Origin: Botryllus schlosseri
Taxonomy: Eukaryota
Direction: 5' to 3'
Assembly: GCA_051294905.1 (NCBI GenBank)
Contig: CM119371.1
Location: forward strand, 124,001 to 188,000
Length of the DNA: 64,000 nt
Of the stretch, positions 1 through 12,730 are shown in pieces (position 1 is the stretch's first letter; every line of letters starts with the position of its first letter). Below the pieces are notes generated by a model. The model made no database searches, was not told where the DNA came from, and saw only the letters and a program-made list of their open reading frames with translations. The position numbers were made by a program, and so were the translations under genes.

Positions 1-3000
1 TTACGAGTGTGAAAAGGATTTGCACGCCCTGTGCAGAGTATCGCGGTAGTGAACATATTTTTCGCGTGACGAAACACGATCGCTGTTTAAATGTTAATGC
101 ATGCATTTCGATTACCGAGTTGCTATACAATAGAGACGACTCTACATTAGATCATGATGTGTGCTTCGATTAAAACCGCAAGACCACATGAAAATCTATT
201 CGCACAACTCGATGATGTTGATATAGTGTTACTAAAATTAATTATTACGTATTTACACAACATAAAAATACCAATTCATGTCGTAGTAAGTAAGTTTCTT
301 GACCTCGTGCTTGATGAAAACGAATGGCGACAAGTATGCTGTTGTGTTTGAGTGAAAAATAATTATTTAGAGTAGTGACAGTTTGTGACCAACGAATGCA
401 AATTGATCATGATATTACAATATACACTTTCATCAACATAACGACTTGACACAGGAGAAACACTTTCACGTTTTTCAATAACTCGATTCTTGAAACTTGT
501 TACTTTTACGATGTATCGTTGGGGTGCAAACTATAACGACCATTTTGTATGATAGTATGTTTTAGTTGTATTGTTGTGAGGACAATCATATGATGACTCA
601 GCACTTTTCGCTAGCAAAGTAAATTGTTTTGTGTGTTAGATTTGTGGAAAGTAAGTCGAATACATATTTTTTTTTGTGGAAGTAACTGTATTATTGTGAT
701 ATCATTGGCAGGTCTCTCAAGCAGTGACCATGGTTTTGTTTTTGAAAGATGTATCGATATAATATTTTCTAAAAGTCAAACTCGGACGGTTATCATGACT
801 GTGTGGGACTTACGATAAACACCTTTGTTACAAGAACTATGATATTTCTGTAAGTATTATAGTTGTGTGTTGGATTATTTGAATATTTAGATGTGTGACC
901 ATTCGTGTAAAAAAGTTTGTAGAGTCTAAACAACCATTTGGTTTCGTAGTGTAAGGATATGAAGTAAAGTCGACTACTTTGTGTGATGTAAATATCCTTC
1001 GTACTTTTGTAAGAGTTGTGGGAGGGTGCTCATTCATACCCTACAAAGTAACTAGTTGATACAAACAAAATAATGAATGACCGCCAACACATTGAATTCA
1101 TAACCCAAGATTGTGAAAATTGTTTACTGTTAGACTAACATAATTCGTATCCAGCAAAACGATAGACACCAAAGGTTCGATGGGGTTTAAATCTAGATTG
1201 TATTAAGCGAAGTGATGAGTACCTCCAGTAATAAAATCGAAACGGCCAAAACAAATTTTCTGTGTCTTGGTTGTTGTAAATAACTATTTGGTATGATATT
1301 AGTTGAGTGTGTGACAATTCGTATCTGTCGAGGCTGAATGCTTAACCATATCGAAATGAATCCAGAGCACATGAAGTATACATTGGTCACAATAGAATCG
1401 ATGAGAATGTTAACCACGTAGAGTGTGTTTGTTTAAAAATCATTTCCAATGCGGCTACTTCGATCGGTATTAATTCCATGTCATACAAAAAATATGAAAC
1501 CATTGTACAGTTTCGTTTTACGAGAATATTGAGTAAAGTTGATTATTTTTTGTGTCACGAAAATATCTTGTGTTGATATTGCACACTGGTTTCGTTACCC
1601 AAGTGAGTGAAAATTGTTTTCTACTGGACAGATATGATTTGTATTTAGAAAAAACGACCCACACCGATAAAGCGACGTTGTATAATATCCACTGAGTGCG
1701 TGAAATTGCCTTACGATTTGATTTAGCGAGTTAATTGTTGGTGATTCAATCACATACAAGTATATGGTCTTTTAGTGACTGAGTATTGTGACGACATTTA
1801 CTTTGACAAATGGCAATGGGAAAATTTCCAATTTCTCTGCTCGTGTGTGTTGCACAAATAGTACTAGTATGCATTCAGTGAACATCATACAAATTGACAA
1901 CGACTTTCATTAGTTTGGTTAGATGATGACAATTATTCCGCAGGTTCAAATCGATATCACTACTATGAACAACAATACAAACACATTTTTCTAGATTTCA
2001 GTGTAGCACATACTTCGATTTTATTATTGTTATGAGTTTTGTATTAACCAAGGTCGGTTGAATAGGATCCATCCAGTAAAGATATTCAAAATTGTTTCTC
2101 TGTTGATCAAAGTCTTAGAGTGTAACCTCGTAATGTTTTACATTTCACACATTCGACAGAGAGTGTGAACAGAGTTTAACACGGATTAAACGACGCCGCC
2201 CGGAGTCCAAAGTGATTTACTCGTACTGCGTAAGATGAGTATGTTTCAATTCACCGTCACAGATTCTGACAATAAAGTATTACCCGGTTGTTAGCCAGCA
2301 AACGGAATTGTTGTTTCATCTTTAGTCTTGGTAACTTAAACGATTACATTTGTAAAGTATTTTCTGATATCCGCGATACCCAGAGTGATTTGTACCAAGG
2401 TGGAATGATTTGTCAATCAAGAACATTTCAGACACGTATAGTTTTACAACTCAATATGTTAATAGCCATGATAGTGAAAAGTTTGTTGCTGTCGTAATAA
2501 CCTTCACCACATCGGTGGGTCTAATTAACACAAATAAATTAGTAATCAAGTCATGATAGACCATTACAAAACCCCATATGTCAAATCGATGTGACAATCC
2601 TGGTAATTTTCGATATAACACCTACGTTCGATTGTAAGAAATGAATTCTCAACTACGATGGCCAGACTTTCAAATCTTGTATACTCAAACATGTTAGGTC
2701 AATCTCAAGGCGTCTGCATCGAGTAGTAATTACTTTTGTCTTACAAAATCTATCGAGTAGTAATTACTTTGTCTTGAAAAATAGTAACGACTTTTACAGT
2801 TGAACAAAAAAGACGAGTTGGTGGTATATGGCTAAAACCGAACTTGATATGTTTGTGGGTTGTAGTGATTACTTGCGTAGTCTTGTCTACTTTTCGTATG
2901 GACACTTTTTGCTTTGGTTCGGTGAGTTACAAACGGATTGGCTTGACAAGGTTTGTGTATTTTACTCTTTTGTTGATGGCAAGATGGTGAGATGTCGAGG

Positions 3001-3935
3001 CGTAATACTATTTCCGTACACTCAATTACAACAAAACATAACCCGCATTCAAATAAGCCGTAAGCTACAAGCGGATTTAAAACTTGATGCTGTTTTGTGG
3101 TTGACTCAAGTCAGTAGTCATGTTTGTGTTGATTTCGGGAATGATCATGACGAGTTGGTCGGGTAAATTAGGTAATGTGGTAGTAACTACGACCTTACCG
3201 AGTTGCTGACATTCAAATATCTTTTACGGATTTAATTGTGATAAATTATTTCTCAGTTATTGTTCAGACATTCAAATCTCGTATACTCAAAATATAATAT
3301 GTTCAAGTCGAATCGTGTATGCACCGATTAGTAAATACTTTGTCTTCAGAATAGTAACGAGCTTTACAATCGAATGAAAAAAAGAAAGACAGATCATACG
3401 AATACAACCAGGATGAATTAATTCAAATTTATGAGTTGTAGTGATATAATCAAGTAAGTGAAAACTAGATTTTTAACAATTGTTATTGTTGTGAATAATT
3501 CTTTTCAGTATGGTAAGATGTTAAAATATCTCTTTGACAAACGGAAAGCGGGGCCGTGAATAGAGTTGCAATGTTACATTACTTGTTTCAAATCAATGTG
3601 TGTATAATATCGAAACGGGCCTGTGGGAAAGTTGGTAGTCATGTTTGTCAATCCTATTTCAATTCACACTACGCCAAAGTCAAAATATTCGGTTTCGGAT
3701 TATCTCAATTTACCTCTAGAACATCTCGCGAATGGATTCCGACACCGTACTATAACTAGATCGCTATGTCTGATGCATTATCCTGTCAGCGACCGTAGGG
3801 TTTTACAATTATTTCACACGTTTTTGAATAAGCATCCACTTCGCAAAGGATTAGGGTTGGATCAGAAATAAGTGAGAATTTGTCGGTATTCGAATCACCG
3901 TCTGCGACGGTTCTGTTATTCGTTAATTATTAAAT

Positions 3936-4306
3936 CTAGACCAGATACCGAAGAAACCAACTAACGGAAAATTCGCTATCATCATTAATTACGACGAGTC
4001 GAGTTTGCCTAGGTCTCGCTGGGTGTGTGTATATACAGAGATGGCGATACTCATTTTCATGATTCACTAGGATTCGGACCACTAAAACCTCAGATAATCG
4101 AATTCCTGGAGCCGGATGAATTTTCTGTGACTGGGAAACAGTTACAGAGTAAAACTTCGGATGTGTGTGGAGATCATGCTATTGCATTCTTGATAAAAAG
4201 AGCTCAAGGGTTTTCAGCCGAGGAATACTTGGATAATTTTGGCGATGATCAAAAAGTGAATGATACGATTGTACGTGCTTTTGTGAAGAGTTTGATTTCA
4301 GAGTAA
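3936..4306 (+). pseudogene. Adenovirus-type cysteine protease (peptidase C5, Polinton PRO) pseudogene
   Basis: One frame reads LDQIPKKPTNGKFAIIINYDESSLPRSRWV. After a slip in GTGTGTGT (~4023-4030) it continues CIYRDGDTHFHDSLG...QLQSKTSDVCGDHAIAFL. This matches the Polinton PRO pattern IINxD..PGSHWV..FDSxG..QxQ...SxxCG. The catalytic His position reads Arg (CGC, 4017-4019). Confidence 0.8.
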
Positions 4307-4799
4307 TAAACGAATGTGTAAATGTGTATACTTGTGATTCTTGTTGCAACTGTGAACAGTGGACTATTCTGTAGGTGTGAAACAGCGAATAAGCCGAAAG
4401 TATTATTCAGGTAGCAATCAATAGCGAGGAAAGAGAACACGATCGGTCATTTGACACGACTAAACTACGACATCATATATCATAATTTACGATCAAACTA
4501 TTTCGCACTGAATGGAATAGTGTAATAAGCGATAGTAGCACACAGCTGCATGGGAAACAATTCACCGCGCAGGTCATTCGAAATATAGGTCGCACTGCTT
4601 AATCCTCGCAACAAGCCACGTTTCCGTCCGCGTGGTTATTGTTGGTGACTCGTACATATTCAACACCATGCGAGAGATACTCGAAAGTACGAATCATCGC
4701 CGCGTCCATAAGAATAACGATATATCATTGTCGTACTCGCCGTAATTTGGAATATACACATTACCTAAGGACCAATCACATGACTATTTACTTGATACA

Positions 4800-5075
4800 T
4801 ATTCAACACCGTGCCGCCGCGCCTATACCCACAACGTTAGTCAAATCATCTCTCCTGAAAGGTCACCATGTCACCGCGCCTATACCTGAAAAGGTAACCA
4901 TACCACCACGAGTTTTCACGGCACCGTGCCGCCGCGCGTATACCCGAAAAGGTAACCATGCGACCCCCGCCATAAGACACAATGGCACCGTGCCACCCCC
5001 GCCATAAGAGATAAGGGTCACCGTGCCACCCCCGGTTTCTCGGCACCGTGCCACCCCGCCCATAAGAACCCCATA
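4800..5075. repeat. GC-rich subterminal motif array of the first Polinton-like element
   Basis: Repeated cores GGCACCGTGCCACC / GGTAACCATGCGACC alternate with recurring spacers CCTATACCCGAAAA, CATAAGA, GAGTTTTCAC. Confidence 0.75.
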
Positions 5076-5389
5076 GCCCGTCACGACCGATCTACTTAAC
5101 TACTTACGAGTCGGATAGTGAGAGATGATTTTTTCGTGTACTGAAACTATGCGCCATGAAAGTCAATTTATCCAAGAGAATGTTCGTTCCGATTGACTTT
5201 TCCACTGTGGGAGTCTTGAAAACTAGATTGGTCATATAACAGCATATGAATCCTGTACTACAAAGCTAAGCAAGTTAGTGGAAATGGCTTGATCAGCCCA
5301 CAGCAACATAGCCTTACAGGACTGGGTGGTCACGTAGTCATTGTTGGTGCTCAAGCAGAAGTAATGTCATGCAATCTAGAGTACAAGTA

Positions 5390-5830
5390 TACCGTAATTT
5401 TCAAGGTATGATACGCCTCAACGTATGATACGCACCCTTAAAATGGCATGTAAATTCTGGGGAAAAGCCTGCACCCAGTTTATCGAAGTACTCCCCAGAG
5501 TAATTTCAAAAAATCAAGGTCAAAACAGAATGTTATGACGACAACACCATGCAATTTGAAACCAAGTACCTGAACATTAATTAAATGAGAAATTTCCTAC
5601 TGCCTCGTTGATATCACTCCAAAACTAAGAACAAAAGAAGCACATTTGAGCTGGATACTTTGTGATACGCAGATAAACAGTGACCTTGGATATATAAATA
5701 CCATCCTCAAGAAATTCCACAAATTTTACATGCCAATTATCAGACCGCTTCGGTGACCTGTATACACCCAAAATTATATCCTTTGAGAACCATTACTGGG
5801 GGAAAATTTGCGTTACATAGGATTACGATA
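5390..5830. mobile_element. Degenerate Tc1/mariner(pogo)-type non-autonomous element
   Basis: Starts TACCGTAATTTTCAAGGTATGATACGC with a repeated TATGATACGC; eroded end near GGGGGAAAATTTGCGTTACATAG. Right boundary approximate. Confidence 0.35.
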
Positions 5831-6699
5831 TGTCCTCATTTAGGAGCATTTGTCCCTTTTTCAAGATTTTCAAAATGTCCTGAGACACAGTAAATCAGCA
5901 GAAATAACGCCCACGCTGGCTATTTCGGGAGCTGAGCCAAAAACTTGACTTATTTTAATCAACCGACCGGGAGAAATTTCAAGTAATATGGTAACCCTAG
6001 CGCTACAGAAACTTGCAAATGTGAGTCTGTGATGATGGTATATATTACTATCTTCGTGCCTCGTGCTAATCGAACCGTTATTACGAATATAATATGATCT
6101 TTCAAAAAAATTAAGCAGACAGTCATTTTTATGTCATTTCTCCCGCGTGTAATGAGCTCAGAAGAGCTGATGCGCTGCAGCCTATGCATGCCACGACACC
6201 CGCTTTCGTATCAGACTTTTTTGTAGGTAATAAATACAGCGTACAAACAATAATTAGCCTACGGCTGGTATGAGGCAAAGTTATTGTTAAATATACGATT
6301 AGTGGTGGGTCATAGGTCAAACACGTTTTTGAATTTGCGTTGCAACAACAAAAGTTACGGAGCCACTGCACTCGAATTTCCTATTAGGTTTATTCGAATT
6401 ATTCCACGCCAGAACAAGTAACAATTATTCACTATTTTCATCCACACTGAAAATTGTTTCATCAACACAAATGCGTACCATCCGTCAGGTTGAAAGGCAC
6501 TGCGCTAGTTCATTAAATAGAGAAAATCATAAGTTGGTGATTTTTAATGGGACTCTGGGTCGCGTAAACTTCAACAGAACCACATATAACGAGTGTGATA
6601 TCAAAAAGGCACTAGAAACCGTCTAATTAAAATGAGCCTCTGATATTTGCTTTCAAGTTGCACACTTGGCTTAAAGGGGCACTGCACTCTACAGATGAT

Positions 6700-6970
6700 G
6701 TGGTCTGAAATTGAAAAGCATAACGAAAAAAAATATTTGGTCGCAGCCGTTTTCTTCAGAACGCCACCGTAATGGAGCTGCAATGTATTGAAATTTCCAG
6801 AAACACATCACGCTCCAGCAGGCACGCAGAGATCGAACTTTATATAGTTATCAGCCGATGTTATGAAGGAAATATGTCGTACAGGCAAAGGTGGTTTAGA
6901 TACAGCTTTCAACGGAAGATGTTCAATCAGAATATTTATGTCAAAATCGGGTCTACTGTATTCTATTTCT
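6700..6970 (+). repeat. Interspersed repeat; second copy at ~38170-38441
   Basis: Both loci share TTTTCTTCAGAACGCC...GAACTTTATATAGTT...ATGTTATGAAGGAAATATG...GGTGGTTTAGATA...TTTATGTCAAAAT. Confidence 0.8.
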
Positions 6971-7185
6971 GTCGTGTACGACATATTTCCTTTATAATAT
7001 CGGCTGACAACTATATAAAGTTCGATCTCTGCGTGACTATATTAGACTATATTAAATCAAAATTCAGCAACAGCACTATATTTAGGGGTATTAGATTTAT
7101 CATAGTTACATAATTTCACGGATATCATGTACATAAATAAACTCCAGTCATGTAGATAAGTATTTATCTAGAGATACTCAAATAA

Positions 7186-7657
7186 CGGGGCATCAAACCA
7201 CTAGGTGTCGCCAGACTTCTGGTGGTGGTAACCGCCATTGTTACGTATACGCGGTTGCCGTTATCAGAAACCTGTAGGTTACTTTCTCGATTGCGTAAGG
7301 GTATTTTATATGGAAATAATGGCTACAACATTCTACGTGGACCGTGAGCTCGCTATAAAATGAACTAAAACTTCGGAAAGCTTCTACGGAAGGAAATAAG
7401 GCCGATTTGATAACTAGGTGAGAATGTGAAATTGTCAACTAAATGTCGGCTACCCGCTCAGTACCAGAAGTTTTCGAAGTTTTAGTTCATTTTATAGCGA
7501 GCTCAGGGTCGACGTACAATATGTTGTAGCCATTATTTCCATATAAAATACCCTTACACAATCGAGAAGGTAACCTACAGGTTCCTACGGCAACCGCGTA
7601 CGAAACAACGGTGGTTACCACCAAAAGTCTGACGACACCTAGTGGTTTGATGGACCC
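7186..7657. mobile_element. Palindromic MITE with ~200-bp imperfect inverted arms
   Basis: CATCAAACCACTAGGTGTCG at 7191 is mirrored by CGACACCTAGTGGTTTGATG at 7633-7652; the inner arm GAGCTCGCTATAAAATGAACTAAAACTTCG is also mirrored. Confidence 0.8.
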
Positions 7658-7659
7658 TA

Positions 7660-8500
7660 TTCAATCAGTTTTACGTCACCACCTATTGTAAATTTGAAAT
7701 AATCAGTTGGAATACAATATTATTGATATATTTTGAATCGAAATTGATTTTTGTACGATTTTTGCCTGCAACCTATTTAGTGCAGTTTCTCGAAAGGTTC
7801 CAGCAATGGTCTGACATAATATGTTCAATGGTTCATCTCATCTGCTCTGGTATCTTTATATTGTTGTTCTGATGACTTGTTAGAACCTCCTAATGTGAAA
7901 TTGGAAACTTTCATCGGTATTCGAATATACCAGATACCAGATTTAAGCTTCTCGTTTGATAGGGTTACTAGGTAGGCTATACCCACTTTGCTGACTCAGT
8001 GGAAAATTATCCATTTACCAGTCAAAATAAATGAGACACATGTGAGTATTGTGGTTAAGCCTTTCATGAACAAATTTTATAGTTTATACTCCTCTTTAAT
8101 CTTGGTAGAATGACCAATTGATACAGGAGAAGATGAGTTTCTGTTTCTCAAAAGTACAATTTTTGGGCTTGAAAAACTGTTTTTTTGACAAAAAAATATT
8201 TCGCATCATGCCATGTTAATATTGATAGAAGGAGTGAGAATGACATGAGGGTTTTTCATAGTCAATTAGCCATTTATGTGCAGTATAAAATTAGAAAAAA
8301 CTACGATTTTCTTCCTACCAAGTGAAATATTCAAGGGTAAACACAGTACTTTTGGGCTTTTTTAGGGGTATAACTATATTCTGACAGAGACCCAATCTGA
8401 CAAAGCTAATGATATTCGTAATCAGCAACCTCAAAAACCCCCGAAACGGCTCTCAGCTGTTCTGCCTAAAAAAAAAATCATTTTGTTGACAAGTGTAATC
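7660..8500 (+). repeat. Degenerate interspersed repeat; related copy at ~13190-13660
   Basis: Both loci share AATCAGTTTTA..CCACCTATT..AAATAATCAGTTGGAA and TTCCTACCAAGTGAAATATTCAAGGGTAA blocks in the same order. Confidence 0.6.
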
Positions 8501-10417
8501 ACTCATTATGACGATATAAGTATATGGGAGACCCAAACGCTTGAGTATGTAGCCTACTTTTCATGTAACTACGAAACATAAGGCCGGCTCTTCACCACGT
8601 GATGATGATCTGGTATTTTTGAAAATACTTTATTTGGCTTTGTGACAATGTTGCAAGTTGATCACAGCTACACAGAAATGTCATTTACTCTAACGTGCAT
8701 AGCTTTGTACAGTATGTTTCGTATGTTGCGATATGACTAATCGAGGTTTCAGAAAATTGATGCAATTATAACTTTTTGATGGAACTGGGCGTAAAGTTTC
8801 ATTAGTCCAAAAAATCGTCTTTCTATACTTGACTGGAATCATTACAGTTACGGAACTTGATTCAGATTCGACTACCGGTACGCAAATCATTGTGCCTCGG
8901 TCCCATAGATAATATGGACCTCAATGTAAAACGATGCTGCGAGTGTGATCAAGTTTAACCTTGAGCCTTGATCAAGCCAGAGTAACGGATTGTTTGTGCC
9001 ATGAAAATAGATTTGGACTCCATCAAGTTTCATACTTTGCAGAAGTTTGGCTGATAACCTAGCGAAATATATCTTAGTAACTATCAATTTATCTTGAATG
9101 AATTACATACCATAAGTATAGTTTCCACGATATGGCATGATGAAAAACAAGCTTTTAATGATCATTCAACTGTGAAATTGAAGGGCTTTTTCAAGGCAAA
9201 TTTGAAATTGCGTCTGTAATTGGGCTACTGTGACCTTACAATCCTGTTCACTTTGTTATGGTATAAATATTGTTCTATTCTGTCATGTAAGTAAGAGATT
9301 AGGCCTAATAATTTTTCATGTTCGGCCCTAAATGTAGCTCGAGTTTGGGGTCATTGTCTACAGAAATCAGTCAAGTGTGACAATATTATAGGATTCTCGT
9401 TCTCATTTCTGTCTGCTTTGAAATTTTTGCCACCAATTGAAAGATTCGCCAACTATACTGATTAGCATCAATGTTATGAACTATCTCTGGACTCTCCCAG
9501 CTAATATTTCATTACGGTACTGTTCTTGAGTAGCAACAATGTTTTCTACCACCTTGACTCTGCCTGAAAATATTTTATTATTCTACTCGAGTGGCATTAT
9601 TGTCGGCACCTATCTCAACATGGGTGTCTACTCTATACATCCCCTACAATTATTATACCCTTTCTTACAGATAGCATGGAACTGCCCGAGATTTTATGCA
9701 ATTCAACGTTATATGAAGACCCAAACAGAAATCACCGCCGTGTCTCTCACAATGATAAAGGTACCGATTATTGCTACTCTAGTAGCATAGTTGGCGACAT
9801 TGGAAAAATAGAAACATTCATAAGAGGCCAGTAAAGAGATATTTCCGGCGCATACTGTGAGTGCTTGGTCTTAATGCTTGGTTGATCTCAGTTGTCAAGT
9901 CCAAAAAGAAACGCGAAATCAAGACATTTCCCGCTGCTATCGAAGGGCGGCTGGTGTTCATTCGAATCTGTCGATGGATGTTACGGAAGACGGTGGGCCA
10001 AGCCTTTCCATGAGTATGGACAGATTTTCTATGCCAACATATGTCTCACTGCATCAGTGGTTGACAGTCAGCTGCATTTTTGAATTACTAACCTAGAGCT
10101 AGTCACTTTTTAAACCTTGAAACTAGAACTAGAACTACAGTACTCAAAAAGCCAGTAGCTAGCAGACCCGGCTTGTCACTTGATAAAATATGTAGTCACA
10201 CAATTTACAGAATTGAGACATAGCTTTTTCCTGGTAACACATTCGATTTGAGTTGAAGTTCAGGCCATCTCCGGTGATGACATGCAAGCGACAATTATGA
10301 GCTGAATCGCATAGTGTACATTATCCTTTTTTAAGCTGTTTTGCGGATGGTTCGGTGTCGCGTTTTGCAAGGTGTAAATAATAAATACAATTAAATAGTA
10401 TATTCATATTGAAATGA

Positions 10418-10461
10418 ACCCGAATATTTTCGGCTGACACTCGTCAGGGGTAATCGTCAGC
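10418..10461 (-). ncRNA. Minimal hammerhead ribozyme (Penelope pLTR type), intact copy
   Basis: Minus strand reads GCTGAC GATT ACCC CTGACGA G TGTCAGC C GAAA ATAT TC GGGT. Core CUGANGA/GAAA, stem I ACCC/GGGT, palindromic AUAU loop III, UC cleavage site. Confidence 0.8.
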
Positions 10462-10611
10462 AACTAGTAGAGAATTGGAAAGAACATTGTATATCAACAA
10501 TCGTATCACAAAATATGACGTCACCAGCATGAAATTTCGAATGAGAGAGCGTTCAATGTACTATTTTTAGGTGATACACGAACTCCTTTTGTTGACAGAG
10601 TTTTGGTTGGT

Positions 10612-11239
10612 CATCAGCCGCGGCATGGAGAGGAAATTAACGCAATTCAACGCAGAAAAACGAACAGAGCCCACCGCACGAACAATAAAAGATGTTTATA
10701 TCCATCTACCTTGGATTGGCCCCATTTCCACCCGCTTTGAAAAACAATTGATTTCTGCTGTCGGTAAATGTTACGATACAGTCAAAACCAATGTGATTTT
10801 TACAACAACACAACTGCTCCCTTCAACACGCAAAGACGTGCTTCCTGCACTTCAACAAAGTAATGTAGTGTACGAATATAGGTGCCACTGTGATTGTGGC
10901 TACGTGGTAAGAACGTCAAGACGTCTGCAGGACCGCATAAACCAACATGTCCCCAGATTTATCAGAACACGTACGTCACACGATGTGAAAAGCTCACCCT
11001 TAACTCATCCACTTAAGATTGATGCTGATCGATCAAAGGCAATTAATTCTGCCATCGGCAAACATCTGTTGGATAATCCGATTTGTGCGAATAATTATCG
11101 AGACGACCGATTTCGAATCGTAGGTCGAGGCCGTTCACAATTCCATTTGTGTGCCTTGGAATCAACTTTTATCAAAATACACCAACCAAAACTCTGTCAA
11201 CAAAAGGAGTTCGTGTATCACCTAAAAATAGTACATTGG
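10612..11239 (+). pseudogene. Penelope linker plus GIY-YIG endonuclease fragment
   Basis: Reads LPWIG...VVYEYRCHCDCGYVVRTSRRLQDRINQH...SAIGKHL...LESTFIK..PKLCQQ. The native stop TGA is kept in the inverted copy but reads TGG at 11237-11239 here. Confidence 0.85.
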
Positions 11240-11330
11240 ACGCTCTCTCATTCGAAATTTCATGCTGGTGACGTCATATTTTGTGATACGATTGTTGATA
11301 TACAACGTTCTTTCCAATTCTCTACTAGTT

Positions 11331-11374
11331 GCTGACGATTACACCTGACGAGTGTCAGCCGAAAATATTCGGGT
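11331..11374 (+). ncRNA. Minimal hammerhead ribozyme, copy with a stem I mismatch
   Basis: ACAC CTGACGA GTGTCAGCC GAAA ATAT TC GGGT; ACAC replaces the ACCC of the inverted copy. Confidence 0.7.
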
Positions 11375-12479
11375 TCATTTCAATATGAATATACTATTTA
11401 ATTGTATATTGAAGTTCTGTACCTCCAAGAAGCTCTTCAAATAATAAATACCAATTTGGAATTGTAATTTTTTACTATAACGGCAATCGTATTGTAAGGA
11501 CAAGAAATAATAACGTGCAACAAATTGCTTAATAACAGCCCGAAAATGTATCATCATCAATTTTGTTGCCAAAATTTTCGAAGGTACCCTATCCATCAGC
11601 AATAATGGTAAATCTGTTCCCATGAGCTGAGAAAGGATAGATCTGTGATAGCCATATTAATATGTGCATCGTGCAACTACCAATTACCAAATAATTCATG
11701 CAGTCGCGGGGCGACCAGACAGTGTATCCCAATAGCTTTTCATAGCAATTATGCTATTAATTCCGGTGAGTAGTTAGCCTGTAAAGAGCGTTCTATTTCT
11801 ACAATTAGTAATTTATATATGCTCTTTGTATTTCTTAAAAAAAACAGTGATGGCACAGTCCGCGGTGCCGACCAGGTGAAACATTACGATTGTCCACAGG
11901 AATGTGGGACTCCGAGTGTACGCTAGAGAAGTTCTGAATGTTTGAAATTTAAGATTTGAAATGACAGTATTTTCGGTGGCCAGTTATAAAATAAATAATT
12001 GAAGAATTTCCTACCGTAAATACTTATTGTTAAATTTTGTGCAATATACACAAAGTCATTCTGTTGGCACTAACTAGGTTGACGGAATTTGGTAAAAGTC
12101 AACATCAAGGTACACAAACGATACAATAGACAGCGTCATCCGAAAATATTTTGGTTTATTTCCATATGAATATATTATTCATTGGTATACTGTCTCTTGA
12201 AGTACTCGTCATCCATTTCACTTTCCGAGAATGCGGCACCAACTCTCATCACAAATGCAACATAAAAATGCCGCATACTTACGGGATGAAACAGTCTCTG
12301 CTGGCGGCGGCGCTTGATAAAATTGGACAAAGCTTCTTCTGTAGACGTAAGTCGATGGTTAATGACTTTGTGTCAGACTTAAACAACCAGATAATTCTAA
12401 ATTAGACCAATTAAAGCAAGATGCTGGTAATCTAATGCCAATCTAATGTGTCTATGCTCTCATTTTAATAGTAATGTAA

Positions 12480-12730
12480 TTTGTGGAACTTTTCTATTAT
12501 TCTGATTCTGACCTAATTTCTGGTTTTCCAGTAAATGAAATAGGAGAACTGTATAGTACGAAACGAGCCAAGCTTGCTGTACAGACATCATTTGCTATTT
12601 TAGTGCCTATGAGAATGAACTTGCTTGTGTTGTTGGACTTCTTTCTGATCCGTAATTTAATTCAGTTTACAGTTTTTGCGAATTCATCGATTCTTATTCT
12701 AATTCTAATCTAATTTGGAAAAACATTGTA
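12480..12730 (+). repeat. Degenerate TCTAAT-rich interspersed repeat; related copy at ~16540-16800
   Basis: Both loci share GAGAACTGTATAGT..GAAACGAGCCAAGCTTG.T.TACAGACATCA. Confidence 0.6.

Larger units (their letters stand above)
1..5104 (+). mobile_element. Right part of a degenerate Polinton/Maverick-derived element; diverged relative of the 20232-34972 element, left part outside the window
   Basis: Ends in TCACGACCGATCTACTTAACTACT (5104), homologous to the other element's end TCACGACCGATCGACTATACTACT. Colinear similarity to ~29800-34972, e.g. 591 TGATGACTCAGCACTTTTCG, 2360 TTTCTGATATCCGCGATAC, 4570 CAGGTCATTCGAAATATAGGTCGCACTGCTTAATCCTC. Contains an adenain-like protease remnant. Confidence 0.85.
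10385..11438 (+). mobile_element. 5'-truncated Penelope-like retroelement with an inverted copy of its 3' end
   Basis: 227-bp inverted repeat (10385-10611 vs 11181-11407), then a 31-nt tail (11408-11438). Direct repeat AAATAATAAATAC at 10376-10388 and 11439-11451 is a candidate TSD. Internal ORF is GIY-YIG-like. Confidence 0.9.

Noticed and set aside
2..7. TACGAG at the window start equals the 6 bp after the terminus at 5104
   Set aside because: It is not followed by AGTAGT or any terminal array; a chance hexamer match rather than a TSD.
11240..11335. C-terminal extension of the Penelope endonuclease ORF
   Set aside because: Caused by TGG replacing TGA; the inverted copy retains the stop.
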